The translations under genes and the position numbers were made by a program. Below are positions 60,357 through 64,000 of a stretch of 64,000 nt of DNA, in pieces (positions within the stretch are counted from its first letter, which is position 1; every line of letters starts with the position of its first letter). The notes under the pieces were generated by a model. It ran no database searches and was not told the DNA's origin. It worked only from the letters and a program-made list of their open reading frames with translations. The stretch comes from Basidiobolus meristosporus CBS 931.73 (lineage: Eukaryota > Fungi > Basidiobolomycota), in assembly GCA_002104905.1 (NCBI GenBank), contig MCFE01000017.1:1-64000 (forward strand), given 5' to 3'.

Positions 60357-60768
60357 AGTTCCATTTCTTAGCAATTGACCATAGGAATAAAGATATTGGC
60401 TGCATGGTTATTATCGATCTAACCAAAACACGAAAATGATGTCAATGGACGTTACACGTAGATCACTGGCAAAGTCTATCTTCGTTTGACAATAGATCAG
60501 TTCCTAGGACATAGAGGATGATTTGGTTGTAAATAGGAAAAGTAATGTTCGAGGCACTAGGTAATGCCATACCGGTTTCCGGGATATTTTGTGATCAAAA
60601 GGAACTTACCATCACATTAATCAACCGTTTTGATACGCATATTAATCTATTGGATATTCATTGAAATAAGCATGAGCAAGTATGATTATGCGGATTATAT
60701 ACACGTCTTAGTAGTTATCTCAATCCCACAGAATACCAACAACCTCAGTGCACACATCATAAGGGCAA

Positions 60769-62361
60769 ATGAGTTACCCTTTCGATTATCCCTCATTGTC
60801 ATCTCTCTCATTTACGAGCTTCATAAAAGCAAACGATTCCCCATACGCTAGTCACATCAATGAAGCCACTGGACTTCGTGAACGAATGCGGGGGCAATTA
60901 AAAGCCGCTCGAAAATCCACCGTTGTTGATTTTCCAAAGCTGCTACAGGTTATATATCGGTTATTTCCGGCCCTTATGGCAGTTGTGCTATAACATTTCC
61001 ACTTCTATAGGCGATTGAGGATTATCTACCGTCAGTACTTGGTCTAGTTTGGGCAATTGAAGAGCAAGAGATAGAGCTTAGCAGTAACTTAGGTAGGAAA
61101 TATGTCAGGCGTCACAAGTTCCAAACTAACCTTGCACATATGTAGAGTTTACTTGGCGCTGCATCTTAACGTATGATGTTCGACCACCGATGATGCAAAG
61201 TTTCAAAAGCATGAAAAAGCCTAAAGTTACTTGCCATTCCATCTATTATGAGCTATCCTATACTCTATTGGCGTACGGTTTTGTTCTCTCGAATTGGGCA
61301 ACTTGCATATTTCAAAAAGAAGTTCAGCTGAACCAAGACGAAGCCAAATTAAATATGGTATGGTTTCTATAAAATGCGGCAGGAATTGAAGCTCGACTAG
61401 CCATTAACTCCAAGGAAATTTTTAGGCAGCGGAACTCCTGTGCAAGGCTTCGGGGGTCTTTAATTACGTTTCAGAGAACATTTGCCCCAAATGGGATAGT
61501 GGTGAGAAGCCTATTGATTGCACCCGAGAAGTGACCACCGCGCTGGCTAGGTTAAAAATGTACTCTTATGATTTGAGATGCACTATTACTTACTCCAATG
61601 ACTTTCTTAGGATCACATTGGCAGATGCCCAGAGTATAGCGATCCGCCGTGCACTTCAGCGCAAAAGTTCCCATAGTTTGCTCGCAAAACTTACCATTGG
61701 AGTAGCGAACAATTATGAATTCTCTATGGGACTGATTAGTAGCCTTCCTAGACACGTAGTCTGCAGCATCTTCAAGAAGTACATCGGTGACGGGATCATT
61801 TACCACCAGGTAAGTTAATACACCGATTCAATGGCAGCTGCGCCACACATACTGAAGTCGCTAATCCGTTTAGGCCATCGCCAAGAGATATCTCGCTATG
61901 GACGCGTATGAGAACCAGTAAGTCCCGTAATATCACTTCTTTTGATGTTCTAATTCTGATTCTGCTGGTACTCCACAGAAAAGTCGGGATTGCCGTAGGC
62001 TTTATCAAAGAGGCCAAAGAATCGTTGGGGAATCTAAGCAAGCATGCGAAGAGTGACGCAGTAGCACTTCATGCCGAAAGAGAATTGGAAGAAGTCAAAG
62101 AACTGTACTCACTGTACAAGCGAATCAATGACACGGTATGCCTAATATGCGATCACTCTATTCATAAGCAGATGTATAATGCTCACACCCCTGTAGGTGT
62201 CGTACGAACCTGTACCGTCGAAAGCAGAATTAACTACCCTGATTCCAGGGGGTCGAAGCGTTTTGGATGCCAAACCTTTTTCCTTACCAAAGCATACATT
62301 CAATGCCGCAGATGCTGGCGAATCATCAGGAGAGTATCCGCTCTCTAGAGCTTACTACTAG
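60769..62361 (+). CDS. palC: BRO1-domain pH-response regulator PalC-like protein, multi-exon
   Basis: N-terminus MSYPFDYPSLSSLSF, ELSYTLLAYG, AAGI, ALADAQSIAI, LLAKL, YKRINDTV, LIPGGRSVL, C-terminal YY-stop typical of PalC. Confidence 0.75.
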
Positions 62362-62571
62362 AAAACGAAAATCGCATTTTACAATTGACTAGACATCTGT
62401 CCGATTTACTTTTCCCATTCATCGAATAAATTACGGATGCTTATCAGTAAACAAAAGGGCAAGATATCACCTTTATTGAGTACAATGTAAGATATATGCG
62501 CGAAAATCTATGAATGCTAGTCGTTATGTATCATGTCTAAAGATTGCCTTGGAATGTGTGTATGTGTAGGC

Positions 62572-64000
62572 TCACTGGCTCGGTTGATGTGATTCATCTC
62601 CGAAATCACTCTCACTAAAACCCTTCCCTCCTCTCTGAACAAATGCGACTGCATTCTCGACGGCCGCTTCGGGACGCTTCTTGTAACTCATTAAAAAACC
62701 TTGCAGCTGTGCCATGGAAAATGCTCTGTTGGGGATAATTTCTGCAAATTTCTCAGCGAGTCGTTGTTGCTTTGCGCGATCCAATTGTGGATTCATTGAA
62801 TCAACAGGATAGAACCGTTCGAAGAGCTCTCGAGCCTGGTCATTCGTCGCAGCTCCAAAGTATGCACGGACATCAATACGCCCGGGTCTAATCAAAGCGG
62901 GGTCAAGATGATCAATATGGCTACAATGTATTAAATTAGTTAAGAACAGAGTATCCGGGAACTAGAAAAGAGTTACTTCGTTGTCATGCAGAGTAAGCGC
63001 CCTTCCTGCAAAAATTGCCATGCAAATTAGTATAACCTTCAACTATGACTTATACGATATACCAACCTGAGCAGCAACGCCATCAATGGCATTCAGTAGA
63101 CCTGTGTAAATTCATTAATTTTCGTATTCTAGAATGACTATCGATCCTCACTACCTACCCGAGAAAGTAACATTGTTCTGGTTCGAGTTTTTATCACGAT
63201 GAACGAATGCTGCGTCTACATCTTCAATGAGTAAAATACACCTACACATTGGTCCCAGGTTAACATTCCAGCCTCAGTAAGGCTACAAAAATAATCGGCT
63301 TACCTGGTGGGAGTATCGGTGACCAACTCCGTTAGCGTATCATCCGTTAGCGATTTGTTGGCAAGGTTGACAACATAGATGTTCAGGCCGAGTTCTCCAG
63401 CTAAAGCATGAATGAATGATGTTTTCCCGCTTCCAGGTGTGCCATATAGTAGATAACCGCGTCTATACCCGCAGAATTAATACAGTGTACACAAATGAGC
63501 GATGTTTATACAAACCTATAGGGAATTCCTCGATCCGAGTACCACGTTTCACTGCTAAGAAACTCACCAGCATCCTCAACTAGGAAAGATTTAAGTCCAC
63601 TCTCCAATACTATTGAGTTGAGCGGTCTTGAGGAGAGTTATTACTGGCAACCAAGCAAACAAATGAGCAATATTTAATATCCTACCTGCGCGGACGAGAA
63701 CGTGTTCTTCTCCAAGTGCTTCATCATACGTTAGTAAGCATCCATTCAATGCGAGGTTTAGTGCTGACTGATTACCCATATTGATCAGCAGCAAATACGA
63801 TGGTGCGAGAGGTGTCACGTTCGATGAACTTTTCTTTGGCCTCGAGAACCAAGTCCTGAAGAACATCACGGCAACGACCTAGAGTGGAAATACTAATGCT
63901 CTCGATATGACTCCCAGCAGTAATATTGGATACTACAGCAGAAGGCTTAATGCGCTCACGCGATAACCATAGCAAACGGCCTTGGTAGGTGAAGAAGTGC
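62572..64000 (-). CDS. BCS1: Mitochondrial AAA chaperone Bcs1, 5' partial (continues beyond the window), multi-exon
   Basis: [94 protein letters not shown]. Confidence 0.95.

Noticed and set aside
1-64000. tRNA, rRNA, spliceosomal snRNA genes and CRISPR arrays
   Set aside because: No T-loop/cloverleaf, rRNA or U-snRNA signatures or repeat-spacer arrays recognised by eye. A tRNAscan-SE or Infernal run would be needed to exclude them formally.

Overview
Intron-rich, gene-dense genomic DNA from an early-diverging fungus (Zoopagomycota/Mucoromycota-like gene content and 50-90 nt GT-AG introns; Basidiobolus is my guess, not demonstrated). I reconstructed about 30 protein-coding genes by hand. In order: MFS sugar transporter (partial), FMO, orphan 7TM protein, two tandem CrgA-like RING-RING-LON ligases, coiled-coil protein, Tvp38/TMEM41, SFH1 with a GATA finger, LACTB2, NAB3, CLC, GAR1, ESF2, NHP2, RPL6, BUB3, RPL43, orphan membrane protein, mitochondrial ThrRS, ELP1, DNMT2, RPS5, ERV29, LSC2, HDA1, ATG13, IKS1, palC and BCS1 (partial). 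The 4.4-9.1 kb interval has no intact gene. It holds a decayed cytochrome P450 missed by the ORF track, a possible pogo-like remnant and a ~170-bp repeat cluster in mixed orientation. Most notable: (1) the crgA-like pair, each ending in a CxxM prenylation motif and each with a GATC-rich promoter resembling white-collar light-response elements; (2) a 17-kb block dominated by translation and ribosome-biogenesis genes, including head-to-head ELP1/DNMT2 and near-adjacent GAR1/NHP2; (3) single-base frameshifts in NHP2 and HDA1, probably assembly errors. I found no rRNA, tRNA or CRISPR array. Exon boundaries are manual and approximate.
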